NCBI GenBank assembly: GCA_013265495.1
Contig: MU058387.1
Coordinates: 682,001 to 746,000 of the forward strand
From: Vicugna vicugna
Lineage: Eukaryota
Reading direction: 5' to 3'
DNA: 64,000 bases
Shown here: positions 27,441-39,880 of the stretch, one piece after another
Numbering within the stretch: position 1 is the first letter of the stretch
How the letters are laid out: each line of letters opens with the position of its first letter
Translations under genes and position numbers: made by a program
Notes under the pieces: model-generated
The model's database searches: none
What the model was told of the DNA's origin: nothing
Seen by the model: the letters and a program-made list of their open reading frames with translations, nothing else

Positions 27441-29918
27441 CCAGGAGATGTAGGACCCCTCTGCCAAGGGAGCATCTCTTACCCACACAACTCTAAAGAG
27501 TTGGCTGAAGGAGCCGTTTATTTATTTTATTTTATATTTTATGTACCTCTTGGACCTAAAGGATGACCAAGGATGAACCACAACTCAGGGGTAGTTATTC
27601 CACCATCCTGTTAATTAATCTCTCATCACTGCAGCTCCATTTGAAAAAATGAGGTGAACCAGTAAGAGTCCACTCCTCAGCCATTGGTTTTGGCAAGTTT
27701 AGGAATTGAGCAGCCTGATAAACTCAAGTCAGAGGATGACCCAGAGACCCAAATGGAGGTTCATGTGAACAGAAAAGATAGTGGGGAGCAGAGAACAATG
27801 TGTGAATGCAGAGCAAGTTAGTTTACAGGGAAATGAAACAAAGGCCAAAGAGCACAGAAGCTGTGATGATAAACAGGGGGCTTCCTAAACATGCAACTCT
27901 GTCTATAAGTCACTGTTTCTAGGGGAACTTGAGTAGATCTCTTTTCCATGCAAACAAGCCAGTTAAACAAATGTATCAGCTAAGTGCACAACGAGGTTAT
28001 ATTTATATTAACTATATAAAAAATGTATCTTACTCATGCCTTTGAGCAAGTGTTTGTTAAATCAGGTGTATTTGCCTGGGGGTGGCAGCAAACAACAATG
28101 TACGGAACCACAGTTAATGCCTAAATGTTTAGGTCAATTATAGAAAACAGTGTATTGTTGAACGGCATTTTGTTAAAACAAGAACATTTAATGAACTGCT
28201 CCTTGCAAATGATCTGGTCTGTGTAAAAACCTAGTGAAGCTCAGAGCTACGCAGCCATCATTTAAATTGGACTGGCAGTAACGGGGACAGCGCCTTGCCC
28301 CTTCGGGGTCTTTCCTTTTGTCCTTCATTTTCAAATACACTGGGCTAACGCTCAACCACAGCAAGAGAAGACGGAGGGTGATCTGGGGAGAGTGATTTGA
28401 TTGGTGATGCTGATTTTTGTGGCATCTTTTGTGTGAAGGGGACAAAGCAAAAAATGATACTAGAGACATTAATCACACAAAATCTGTCACTAAGGAGGGG
28501 CACAACCAACAATTTTGCCATCAAAATGCAATCCATGATCAGGGGAAAAGGGAATTGCTTCGCTGTGGGATTCCACCCCTGATAACTAATTAATTAGATG
28601 TCAACTGCTAAATACTAAAGGCAAGGCAGACTAAGGGTCTGTTTTCTCTGTTTGCAACAAAGGCATTTATCAATGGACTATATTCATTTCTTCAATTTTT
28701 CTTTCTCTTTTCTTCTTTTTTTTTCTCTTGGTCAGGTTGACTTTTGCAATGAATCATTTTTGAAACTCTGGCAGTTAAAACCCCCAAGCCTTGGGTATAA
28801 ATTTGCTAGCTGAAAATTTTTAAATGTGATTAGTAGTATTTAGTCTATACATCTTTGAAAAAAACATGGTGTGCTGCTTGGAAAATTCTCAACACTTGTC
28901 ATTACCTGGAGCTAATATTTAAATAAGTATTAGACCAGGAGAAACAAATTTTATGTAAAAGCCAGACTGATATATATTTTTGTGTACGCATGGTTTACAT
29001 TTCCTGCTGAGAGTAGCAAAGGAAATAGAATATGAAAAAGAATGGAATAATACAGTTGCCCTTGGACTTTAGCTTTCAAATCCATTAAAAGGTAGGTTTT
29101 AGGGAGGTGGTTGTTTTGCCTGAATTGTTTTTTTCTTTTCTATTTCTATCCTAGTTATTAACCAAATTAGAGTTATTACCCAAAGAATAGAGGTCCCAGA
29201 ATTAGGCCCAGAGGAATTCAGGGGGAACAGCTTTTGTGTGTGAATTTGTGCTGTTCTGTTCAAAGCAAGCCATTCAGGCTTTCAATACTTTATTTTATCA
29301 ATGTTTTAGGGGGAACAACCCACAAAAAAAAAGAAAGAAAAAGGATTAATATTGTGTGTCTATAAGGGAGGGTGGGAATAGGTTAGTTGGGATTTGAGTG
29401 GTCTGAAGGCAAAACAGAAAGAGGCATTGGTGGAATTTATATTCAGTGGTTTACAAATGCTTGACCTAGAGAGATACTGTATCGTCTCGTGTGTGTAACT
29501 CAATACGTCACCTGCTACAGCTGCCAATCACCTGCCACTAACTACCCCTTACTCCGACCCACAGGCTTTTTGTGATTCCCATGCTCTCTGGATCTTGAAC
29601 GAAATGAAAACCTCTTCAATCAAAAACGTTAGTCATCGCTCACCGAACACAAATCATTCTGACCCTCTTTGGCACAAGCCACTACCTTTTTTTGAGGATT
29701 TACCATGTAGCCCTCCTGGGCAGTGCCTTCTGGAGGATCCAGTGTTTGCAGGGTCTATTTCCTGTCCTCAAAAAGGCCTGTAATCTACTGGCCTACACGG
29801 AGGCAGGTCTAACATACGAGAAATAATGAAGTCAGGGGAAGAGGGGGTATTATGGGACAAACTGTGATGCTGACTTAAAAAGCAAAAGATATTGCCTCAT
29901 TTTCAGTCCTTTGGCTCT

Positions 29919-30071
29919 ATTTTTTCCCCATGGTGGGGAGGTAATCAAATTTTATTTATTTGCTTATTCATTTATTTATTTATCTATTTTTAATGGAAGT
30001 ACATGGGGATTGAACCCAGGACCTCATGCATGCCAAGCACGCACTCTATCATCAATTTATACCCTCCTCCC
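29919..30071 (-). mobile_element. vic-1-type camelid tRNA-derived SINE
   Basis: GGGGATTGAACCCAGGACCTCATGCATGCCAAGCACGCACTCTA (reverse complement of tRNA-like head with B box), TTAT-rich linker, GGGGAGGTAAT tail and poly-T. Confidence 0.85.
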
Positions 30072-30954
30072 TGACTCAATTCCTTGATTCTTAAATAATT
30101 CATACATAAGTGGCTATAAAATAATATGAAATAACTCATATATGAGTTTTATGATAGTAAAAGAGAAGCTAATCTTGTCTATGTTTATGGCACTCATTAA
30201 AGAGGCTAAAAGAATTTGCAATTTTTAAATTAGAAAAAGAAACAAAAACCTGTTCCACAGCTAGTCCGCACTAGCCAGCTTTTCTTGAAGTACCACCTTC
30301 TGTAAAGGTCTCCAGTATTAGTGTAATTTTAATGATATGGTCATGTTGTTAAGAGTCAATAAACCTCCTTTTTTATTGCTCCATTCTCAGTTTCCAAGAG
30401 GCCACCAACTGCTTAAGTTGCCATTGAAATCTTTTCTATGGTTTATAGTAAATATTGGATTAAAAATTTATTTTTCTTCATAATAGAATACCTAGTGGCA
30501 TATTCATATAGACTTTTAAAAATGCACCTGAATCATCTTTACTTGTCAGAACAAGGAAGTTTTAAATTGTTTTTATGGTATTTTATGGACGTTCTGTGCT
30601 TGGATGCACAAACATAATCTGTGTTTTTAAATGTTTGCAGACAGCATGTGGGTTTATTATGCCAATTCATTCATTAAAAGCTCTAGAGTCTTCATACTTT
30701 TGATATTAGTGGGCCCTTTAAGGCATTGCAATAAATGGCCATTTTTTCAAAGATGCTTTTAATACATCTTTTTATTAATAATGTCATACATTATTGATAA
30801 CATGTATCTGTTTCCATAAAATGTTAAAAAGCCCAGTCCTCTGCTTGAAATCAGGAAACCTGTCTCCTCGCTCCACTCTGTTGCTCACCTATTTTCTGAC
30901 ATTGGGCAAATCACATCCAAATCTTTAACGACGTCTCATTTCTTAATAGTAATG

Positions 30955-31190
30955 GCAACAATAACCATAAAAGTTAACATTTATTGAATGCTTGTTCCAC
31001 GCCAGATGCTACCTGTCTTAACTCACTGCATCTTCACCATACGTCTAATGAGGTCAGCACTATCATAATCCCCGTTTACCAATGAGGAAACTGAAAGTGC
31101 AGAAAGACCCAGCATCCCCCGGCTGATAAGTGACACAGGCAGGACATGGGCAGTTTGACTTGAGAGTCCCTGCTTTCACCCAGCATGCCT
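30955..31190 (-). mobile_element. MIR SINE
   Basis: AACATTTATTGAATGCTT...ATCCCCGTTTACCAATGAGGAAACTGA. Confidence 0.8.
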
Positions 31191-31419
31191 AGTGCCTCTG
31201 AAAACCAATCTCCCTGACACGCCTTTTCTGTCCTTCTGCCTTTTCTTTCTCCTTTTATTCTCCAACAGCTCTCTCCAGACAGCTTTGCCTCTGGGCAAAT
31301 GAAACTCTTTGCATTCCCAACATGTCTCTAATCTTTGCAGGCTGTGGCTTTGCACTAATATTGGTCCCCCTGGCTAGAATGCTCTTTGCCCATCTCCATC
31401 ACTAGACATTACTTAGCGA

Positions 31420-32740
31420 TAACCAACTAGAAGACCAATGCTTTTTATAACACCAACACTTTTAGCTACCGATCAAACAACGAAGACATTTACAGAATCA
31501 TAGGAGAAATTTTGAATAAGAAGATGGTAAACTATTTACATAGATGCAGCAATCTATCACAAGAATGAAGTCAATTCCTCCCAAGTTGTTCTACAGATTT
31601 AAAGGATACAATAAAAATGCCAGCTGATGTTTTTAGAAAATTGACAGCACTTCTTTTACTCTTAATATAGAGTAATAATGATCTACAGGTAATTATGTTA
31701 GTTTTGAAAAAAGAGAACCAGGGCTGGGTGAGGTTGAATTACTTCAGCACATATGAAGATATATTATATGGTTATAATAAGACAAACAGTGTGTCATTAA
31801 GTGCAGGAAGAAAAATGTCAATGAAACAGAATGTACAGCTTACAAATAGGCCTGTTTATAGAAAGAAACTTATGTTATACAAAGAAATATTTGATAAAGC
31901 TAGTGCTTCAAAGTGAAGAGGACAGGACAGACTGTTTAATAAACATTGTTGGGAAAACAGGCTCTTTCTATAGAGAAAAATTAGACCAGTGCTTTATCAT
32001 ACACAAAATGCATAGCCATACTCCATAAAAATTATTAAAAAAAGTTAAGAGGTAAAACTATTAAGCTAACAGAAGAAACTTTAGATGAGTACCTTAGTAG
32101 ATGTTTCTCAACTTAGTAAAGATGAGGAGGATATCTTAAGAATTTTTATCTAATAAAAGAAAATATAAACAGAGTTAACAGCCTGATAAGAGACTGGAGT
32201 AAGGTATGTGAATTACCTAAGGTAAACACACCATTACTATCTTTCATGTACAAAGAACTCCACATTTTAAAGAAAGACAGAAATGTAAATGTTTTAAAGG
32301 TGAAAAATATTAAATAGTCAATTCTCAAATCAAAGAGTTCAAATACTACTTCTAACAGAGATCCAAACTCCTTAGTAAGTAATCAGACAAATTCATCTTA
32401 TAACGAATAATGATGTTACTTTACATTCAGTCAAATTGCCAGACTAAGTCAGCATCGGTAAGATGTGTAGAGACACACTGAGGGGCAGGGGGTACATAAA
32501 CAAGAAAGCCAATCTGGGAGCAGTCTGTTACTACTTAGTAAAATAAACTGAGGACATACCCTGTGACCTGCAAGCCCCCTGTTCTTTCTTAGAGATCTGT
32601 AGGGGTTCAGACATATTTTGTACGGCATTGTTTGAGACTGTGAGTTGGGAATATAACTACAGAAATGGATAACAAGACGTCAAGGAGGCATGCTATGGAA
32701 TAGCACAGGTTGGAAGCAATAAACATAGACATCTATGCCA
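31420..32740 (+). mobile_element. Old LINE-1 (L1M) ORF2 fragment
   Basis: A-rich strand; GTCAATTCCTCCCAAGTTGTTCTACAGATTTAA...TAGAAAATTGACA and TTTAATAAACATTGTTGGGAAAAC are decayed ORF2 landmarks. Confidence 0.7.
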
Positions 32741-34160
32741 ATTCTTTTGTCTTTAGGTTAAAATTACATCTGTACCTCTGCTGGGACAGCATCAGAAGAA
32801 ATGGAAAGTGCCTAATCGTCAGCTCTCACTGACTGCTGAATCTCTCTTTCTTTTAAACCTGATTTCCGCCTTTCTTTTAAAAGCGCAAACTATTTAACGC
32901 CTCTTGACCAGCGTTTCCCCATTTGTAGATTGCAGACGCTCAAATGAATCTTAAATTAAGATTCCTTCTGGGTCCAAAATGAAATGCCATTCTAAACAAA
33001 GCCCAGGGACAAGGTATCTGTTATAAGGTTAATTGCAGACTGAAAGCCCGCTTACAAATTCTCCATGTACCAATTCCCCCCAGAATTAGCTAGCTTTCTG
33101 AAAAGCAAGAAGTCTGTGGAGGGTTTGCTTTCTAATTTCCAGCTCAGTATCTGAGACGTCAGATTCAGGTAGCTCAGATCATTCAGATAAGGTTCAGATA
33201 AAGATCCAAACATTTGGATGCATTGAACCTCTTAAACTCACATCTCAAGTGGGCATTGGGCATTTGTGAATAAAGCATCGAAATTGCCATTACAGATGAA
33301 ATACATAGACAAGCATCAAGGTTAACGACGAGTGATATCTTTAGCAATTTTTATAGATAAAAATACCAACAGCATCATCATTATTTCGCTTGGGGACAGT
33401 TAGAAAATTATAAACAACCGTGTTATGTAGCCAGGAAAATTGAAGGCAGGGACAGCCAAAAGTGTATACTCACTAACGAATCATCTCAGGTTGGTAACTC
33501 GAAAAAACGTAGCACAGATGCAGAAAGACACACGCGTGCCAGACTCCGATGTTTACAGATGACAGACAGCTCAGTGCAAACGAAATGTAATTATGACTTT
33601 GATAAGTCTTCGCACCACGAGACAACTCTTGGTGAAAAATAAAATATTTTTTTTCCTTTAGGAAAAAAAAAATCTCTGGAGACAAATCGATATGTATCAT
33701 TAATGAAAGAGAAACAGAAAGGAAAAGACAAATCAATGTAGTTAACGAGTCTTAATGGCTCAATCGTGTATTCACGTCACCAAATCCGAACACTTGAGAG
33801 AACAGGAAACAAAAGACGGGTTTTGAATAACAAAATCCTAGACGTGAGACATATACTTCTAAGGTCTGCGTAATCTTTGAATGGGGAGAATCCGTCCTGC
33901 ATGCTCTCAGGTTTGACTGATAAATCTAAAATTAGAAATATAATGATGCTCACAAGATTTCCCAATGACAGCATTTTTAGGATATCTTATTTCCTTCCTT
34001 TTTGTTCTTTTTTCTTTCTTTCTTTCTTTTTTTTTTATCCCGTGTCAACTATAATCAAACCCTCAGGGAGCAAGTAAGAACAAGTCAGTCAGGTTGCACT
34101 CTGTGTCTATTTGCTGTGGGTGGGACAAAGATGAGGGGGATGCAAACGTCTGCTCCAGAA

Positions 34161-34352
34161 CAGGGATTCCTGACCTTAGGCAATTTTACCACCCAGGAGA
34201 CATTTCTGACGGCCACAACTGAGGGGTGGGGGTATGGGTACTACTGGCATCCGGTGGGCAGAGGCCAGGGGTGGTGATGCACATCCCACAATGCACAGAA
34301 CAAAGAGTCATCCGGTCCAAAATGTCAGCAGCACCAAGGTTGAGAAAGTCTG
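34161..34352. mobile_element. MER20 hAT-Charlie element
   Basis: GGAGACATTT...CACAACTG...TACTGGCATCCGGTGGGCAGAGGCCAGGG...CCAAAATGTCA...CCAAGGTTGAGAAA. Confidence 0.85.
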
Positions 34353-34919
34353 GACTGGTCCTTTATAGAAGTTTCTGTGTCTGTATACGAAGTGAAGCAG
34401 GTGGAGAAGGATATTCCAAATACAGTGGGAACATATCTGAGGGAGTGACTAGTTCCTTTAGGAGATGGAGAAGGTAAAGGTTGTACTTCACTCTAATAGT
34501 GGTCTTTGCACTGGATGACAGAGATAAAGAAAAAGGTTACTCTAGACTGAGGGAATGAATTAATCCAAAGCAGAAAGACAGAAATGTGAATGAGAATGTC
34601 AGTGATTGCTGAAAGACAGTCGGGAAGACTGGGGGTGAACAGCGGCAGATTTATTCAAAAAGCACCTACTATGTGCAAAGAAATACACCCTGCCTTGCCA
34701 GTACAAGTGATAAAAATACATCGCAGAGGGAACCTCCAGCTTTGAACCCAGTGGTCAAGAGCTTGGATTTTTTTCTACAGCTAAAGTGAAGTCAGTTAGG
34801 GATTTTGAACTCAGTGCTGATAGGATCAAACATGCGACTTTAGAAAAATAATTCTGGTGGCAGAAAATAAGAATGCTTGAAGGGAGAGATCTGAGTGAAG
34901 AAATTGGCCAAGTTATTAG

Positions 34920-35186
34920 AGCATTTCCCAAAATGTGGTCCTGGATGTGTTAGTGTCCTTGGATAAAAGTTTTCAGTGGTCAGACCAGTTTGGGAAATGC
35001 TTGGTTAAACTAAATCAGACAGGGGTCTCCAATATGACGTTTAGAATCTTTATTTAGCTATTACACACTGTTGCTCTTCACAAAGGGCTATAATTTGTAG
35101 GGTTTTCCAAGGATACTTGCCTAAGGAATATTTTTCATGACACGCACAACAGGAATCCTATTTTAAGAACACTTCATAAGCAATGT
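34920..35186. mobile_element. MER103-like DNA transposon remnant
   Basis: GCATTTCCCAAAATGTG...AGTTTGGGAAATGCTTGGTTAAAC internal inverted repeat. Confidence 0.6.
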
Positions 35187-37807
35187 GAAGTACTATTTAG
35201 AAAAAAATTGATGATAATACATTCAACTAAAAGTTGCTGTGATAATATAAGTAATTTTTAGGCTTCCAGCTTAAGGCGATGAGCAGAGAATGATGCCCTA
35301 ACTCTTAGGAGTCAGGACATTCGTTCACACATCAAGGCAGGACTGGAGCTAGAAAGCAAGGGACTCTGGATCAGGAATGATAATGCATTGGTTTAAACTT
35401 ATATGCCAGTATTGAGCAAATATTGGAGCTGTCTGAGATGCTAGGTTAAGAATGATTCTGAGTCTCATCAGGAATAAATAAGGGTTATGTGAATGTAGTG
35501 TTAAATTCCATGGGAGGAAGGGGCATAATGAGCAGTTCTTATGTTATATGTTTATCACGTATGGATGGGAAAGTAACTAACTCCCCATGATTTGTGTAAT
35601 GGTTTTAAAGATTCTCAAAAAAAGGAAAAGTGAAGATTTTCTTCAAAGGAAACTTCACATAGAAATGTAAATAAACAGAATAGATATAAAAGCAAAGTCA
35701 TCTAAGGAATGCCTAGAAACTCCACCCACTCTTTTCTCCCTCTGCACCTTCCTCCCCATTGAGATCACTTCCCAAGATATCTTCTAGAACTAATTAACTA
35801 GTTGAATAAGATAAGGCTAGAAGATGCTAAGGGAAGGTAGCTATTGTAGACACAAATTCTTCTATCTTATCAACGGAAATACTTCTCTTTTTCTTTTATT
35901 TTCTATAATTAGTTCCTGTTTGTTCTTTATTAATATTGAGTAAAAATTTGAGAACTTCCAGACTAACTCAGTTTTACCAATACACAGTCAAAAGGCGGGG
36001 CTTTTGGTTTTCATGGGGACATTAAGGTAAAAGGTTAGAGCTGACCGTTGAGGGACCCAGTGGGTGTTGGGGAGTCAGCTGGCAGCAGTAACTGAAAGTG
36101 AGAAAACCGGAGAGAAAGAAATACCTCTGGCAAGCAAGCCAGCCGTCCCTCTCCCTGACAGTTACCCTTGCTGAACCTTAGAGGTTTTGAGATTTATTTA
36201 ATTCCTGGGGAATGATTTCTTTGTAGCTTCAGTTGTTAACTTAGCGGTTTGTCCTGTAAACTCACAGTGAACTGCAAAGCACAGGAACAAGCCATTTTAA
36301 AACCGTATTTTGTCTTGGACTCAACAGAAAAGTGCTACAAGAATAATGTGTCACTTTGACAAGCGTCAGATAGCTAATGAAACCTGCTTTACGTAGATAG
36401 CTGTTTAAAAAAATTAGATTTAGAACAAAAGCAAACCGATCATTTGGAGTTGGACATTCATTGATGGGTTTTATCTGATACTTACATACCATCCTGTCAA
36501 CTCAGCAACTTAACATTCTCTCTTCAGTTTCAAGCAAACCCTGAAGGATCATGGCTAGAAGAGTTTCCTCTTCAGCGCTGCATCCCTGACACCACAGATG
36601 TCTGGCATGTGTGTGGTAAGTTCTCAGCTATTATTTGCTTTTTGAGTATCTAGATCACGTGCAGTAGCAGTAGGTATGTTACATCTGAGAGACATGAACA
36701 AGAAAGAGACTGAAAAACTCCAGTCTTCTTTTTGAAGACCTTATAGATGTCTCTGAAGGCATAAGATCTATGTTCAAGTAGATGCAAAGTCTTGGACGCA
36801 GGTAGACTATTCTTTCTGATGACTTTTGAGCAATGGGCTTGGAGGCTGCTAGGAATGCGTCCCCATTTATACATTGGTATATTTAGCAAAGTTGATATGG
36901 ATAAAGGAACTTTTGCTACATTAAAAATCCCAACCAATTGTTAATAGAGATGAATAAGCACATTTTAAGCAGTGAATCTCTGAACATAGTCCAGTGACTT
37001 GGGTAGTCACTTCCTGAAATATGACTTTACAAGAAAAATTTTTAAGCCTTGATTTTGTGTTTGGAATGATCTAAAACATATTCCATGTACTGTGGCTGTG
37101 AAATTTTCAAGAGTTACAGTCTTGATCACCTAGTGTGGATTTGTTTCAGCCAAAGTAATAAGTTTTTACAACTAATTGTAAATACAGCCTTTCAGAGGTT
37201 TTAATGAATCTAATAAAGAGATATGGTAATTTGCCCGCTCTCTGCAGACACTTAGCTGTGAGAAAATTAAATTAGGATGAAGCCATATTAACCCTCATTA
37301 CTTAGTCAGAGTAATGGATACTGTAGTATAACTTAAGACAATATAGCAATGTTATGTATGAATCTTCAGAATTTTCCAACTAACCAGATATGATATTCTT
37401 TATAGCTATATTTCAGATGTGATAAAAAGGAACTCTTCCTTACACTCGGGATACAGTGAACCATCTTCAGGGGAACTTGGAGTGAAAACTGCATAGACCC
37501 AGCCTCATTTTAACAAAATACTTGGTAGAAAGCTAACACTTTTTCTTCCTTTTTTTAAAAAAAAAAACTTATGCACTATTTTATTCAAATGAACCGTATC
37601 ATTAAAGAAAAAACTCAAGGATGTGTTGTGAGACCCATGTGCTTGTTGCCACATAACAGAGCATAAGTAGGAGAATCTTTTGAAGTTGATAAAAATTAAA
37701 AAAAAAAAAAGTAAGCCTTAGGAGCTGCTTTTTGGGACCTAGAGAATCCATGCATTTTTCTTTACTTTTTGGACAATGGATTTTTTTTTCCTATGGAGAT
37801 GTAAACC

Positions 37808-37868
37808 AAATACACACACACACACACACATGTAGGCGCTAAATAAACACACACACACACATGTAGGC
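37808..37868. repeat. Duplicated compound microsatellite [AAATA..(CA)n TGTAGGC] x2
   Basis: Two CA runs, each followed by TGTAGGC. Confidence 0.9.
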
Positions 37869-39199
37869 TTCAATTGTATTCCTCCAAGTTCTTTTCTGCG
37901 CAAGTTAAATGAAACCTTATCCACATGCATCTGGACGTACTCAGGGCTTGTCATGTTGGAATTAAGGACTTGAGATGGCATCAGCCCTGCTGTCATTGCT
38001 TTTTGACATTTGTATCAGTGCCCTTCTTTAAAATGGGGGCATTTAGACAGTTCTGGGAAGGATTCTCAAGATCTAAAGCACATTGAGTGACTCAGTGTAC
38101 ATGAAAAGGAAATGGTTCATTGCTTGATGGTGGTTTCAATGCCAAGTTTCCAGACGCTGAAGACACTGACACCAAGTTTCCAGAGAATGAGGATTGGTGA
38201 CGTGGCAAGGAGGAGGGGTGTGGGCAGGATATCTGGATTTTGGATGTTGAAACCAATGAAAGGTTGAAGTTCCAAGAGATATTTGCCAAGAATTTGAAAG
38301 CTACATCTTCTCCCATTGATGGTCTAACTGTGATTGCCCAAGAGAAGCACGCCAAAAAAGGAGGGGTGAAGGGATTTCCTTTACTCATAGTATATAATAC
38401 CTCCCAAATGTCTTGCAGAAACAGCAATTAGGAGTTGCCAAGATATTTTAACATCACATTATGGTGCAGCCTTCCTGACTTCATGTTCTTCTGCAGAATA
38501 TGAAGGATGGAAGCATAAATGGAGATGGAGAGCATAAGAAAAAAAAAATGGCATGAAAATCCTAGCAGTGACGTTATATGGGATGTTGGTAAAATTCCAA
38601 TCTTGAAGAAAGATAAATTACAGATGAAACCACTCCCAAAAGGAAAGAAATGGAATACAAAATATAAGTAATGTAACTTTTTAAGGAGAAAAGGCAGATT
38701 CTTCACTCATCTTATCTCTTAAGAATGAGATATTGCACCATCTGCTTCCCAAACAGTTATTTCATGTCACTCTGAACTTCTCCTTGGTCTCCTCCCTACA
38801 CTTCTCTGAATTTTCAGATTGGCTCTCTTCCTGTGAGTCATATCCTTTCTTTAACTGTTTCCATATTTCCCAACCCCCTCACCTTCTCTGCAGTTTATGT
38901 GTGACGCTTTGTTAAGCATTTCAAAATATTACACATTACTGCATCATAACACTTTGCCTATATCTAACAACGTTTATTCTTAGAACTCACTGGTGTTCAA
39001 GCAAATACTGTCTCCCTAACTACTATGTTTAAAAGATGATGATTCATTTTACAGGTGTAAAATAGGATCTTTTTTTTTTTAAAAAAGATGGAATTACTAG
39101 CTTATACTCTGATTCTGCAGGGCTTGAGCTCAGTCATGTTTGTGTGGTCACTTAAAGATGTTCTCCAAATTATAATCCTTCTCTTACTGTGTCATTGTC

Positions 39200-39880
39200 T
39201 TCTTTTACAATATTCTACATGATGTATAAATACATGCACCTTTAACCAGCTTTAGGGTCATCCATCGGTAGTTCTCTCTCACACATTGTCTCAGCCAAAA
39301 ACTTGACATATCCCCCTCCCTTATTTCTAGCCAGTCATCAGACTCTTGCAATTTGACCCCATCAGTGGCTCTCTAGTTTTACAAACTGTGGCTTTTGGGT
39401 CGATTCCTGCCAGCTGCCTTGTTTTGTAAGTAGTGTTTTTGAAACCCACGCACATTTGTTTGCATAGTCTATGGCAGAGTTAAGGAGCAAAAGCACAAAT
39501 TGGGGCTTATGACTTTCTTATTTAAAAACCTTCAATGACTCCCCATTTCCCACAGTCTTAAGCTCAACTTTCTAAACACATGTTGCAAGGCCTGCTACTC
39601 CCTCTGTCTCTTCCCTCCTCTCTCTCCTTGACAGCAGACATTCCAAGCAGAGGGAACAACTTTACATTTTCATCATATTCCACATCCTACCAGAAAGGAC
39701 ACTTGACTCCAAAGTGAGTTGGGTGTCTCTTTCATGTTCACCCACAGAACTTTAAGTTTTTCCCTAACCGAGCACTTACTACAATTGCACTATAATTTCA
39801 CTTCCTTATCTGAATCCTCCGCAATAATCTACTTCTTGTCTGCCTGGCACACGGTGGGGCTTCAGAAATATTTAATAACC
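39200..39880 (+). mobile_element. L2 fragment with an embedded MER58A-like piece (~39375-39490)
   Basis: AAAACCTTCAATGACTCCCCATT and TGCCTGGCACACGGTGGGGCTTCAGAAATATTT (L2); CTGCCTTGTTTTGTAA...ATGGCAGAGTT (MER58). Confidence 0.6.

Noticed and set aside
29990..30070. tRNA-like sequence (also 62210-62285)
   Set aside because: Head of a SINE with an AT-rich tail; decayed and not a functional tRNA.
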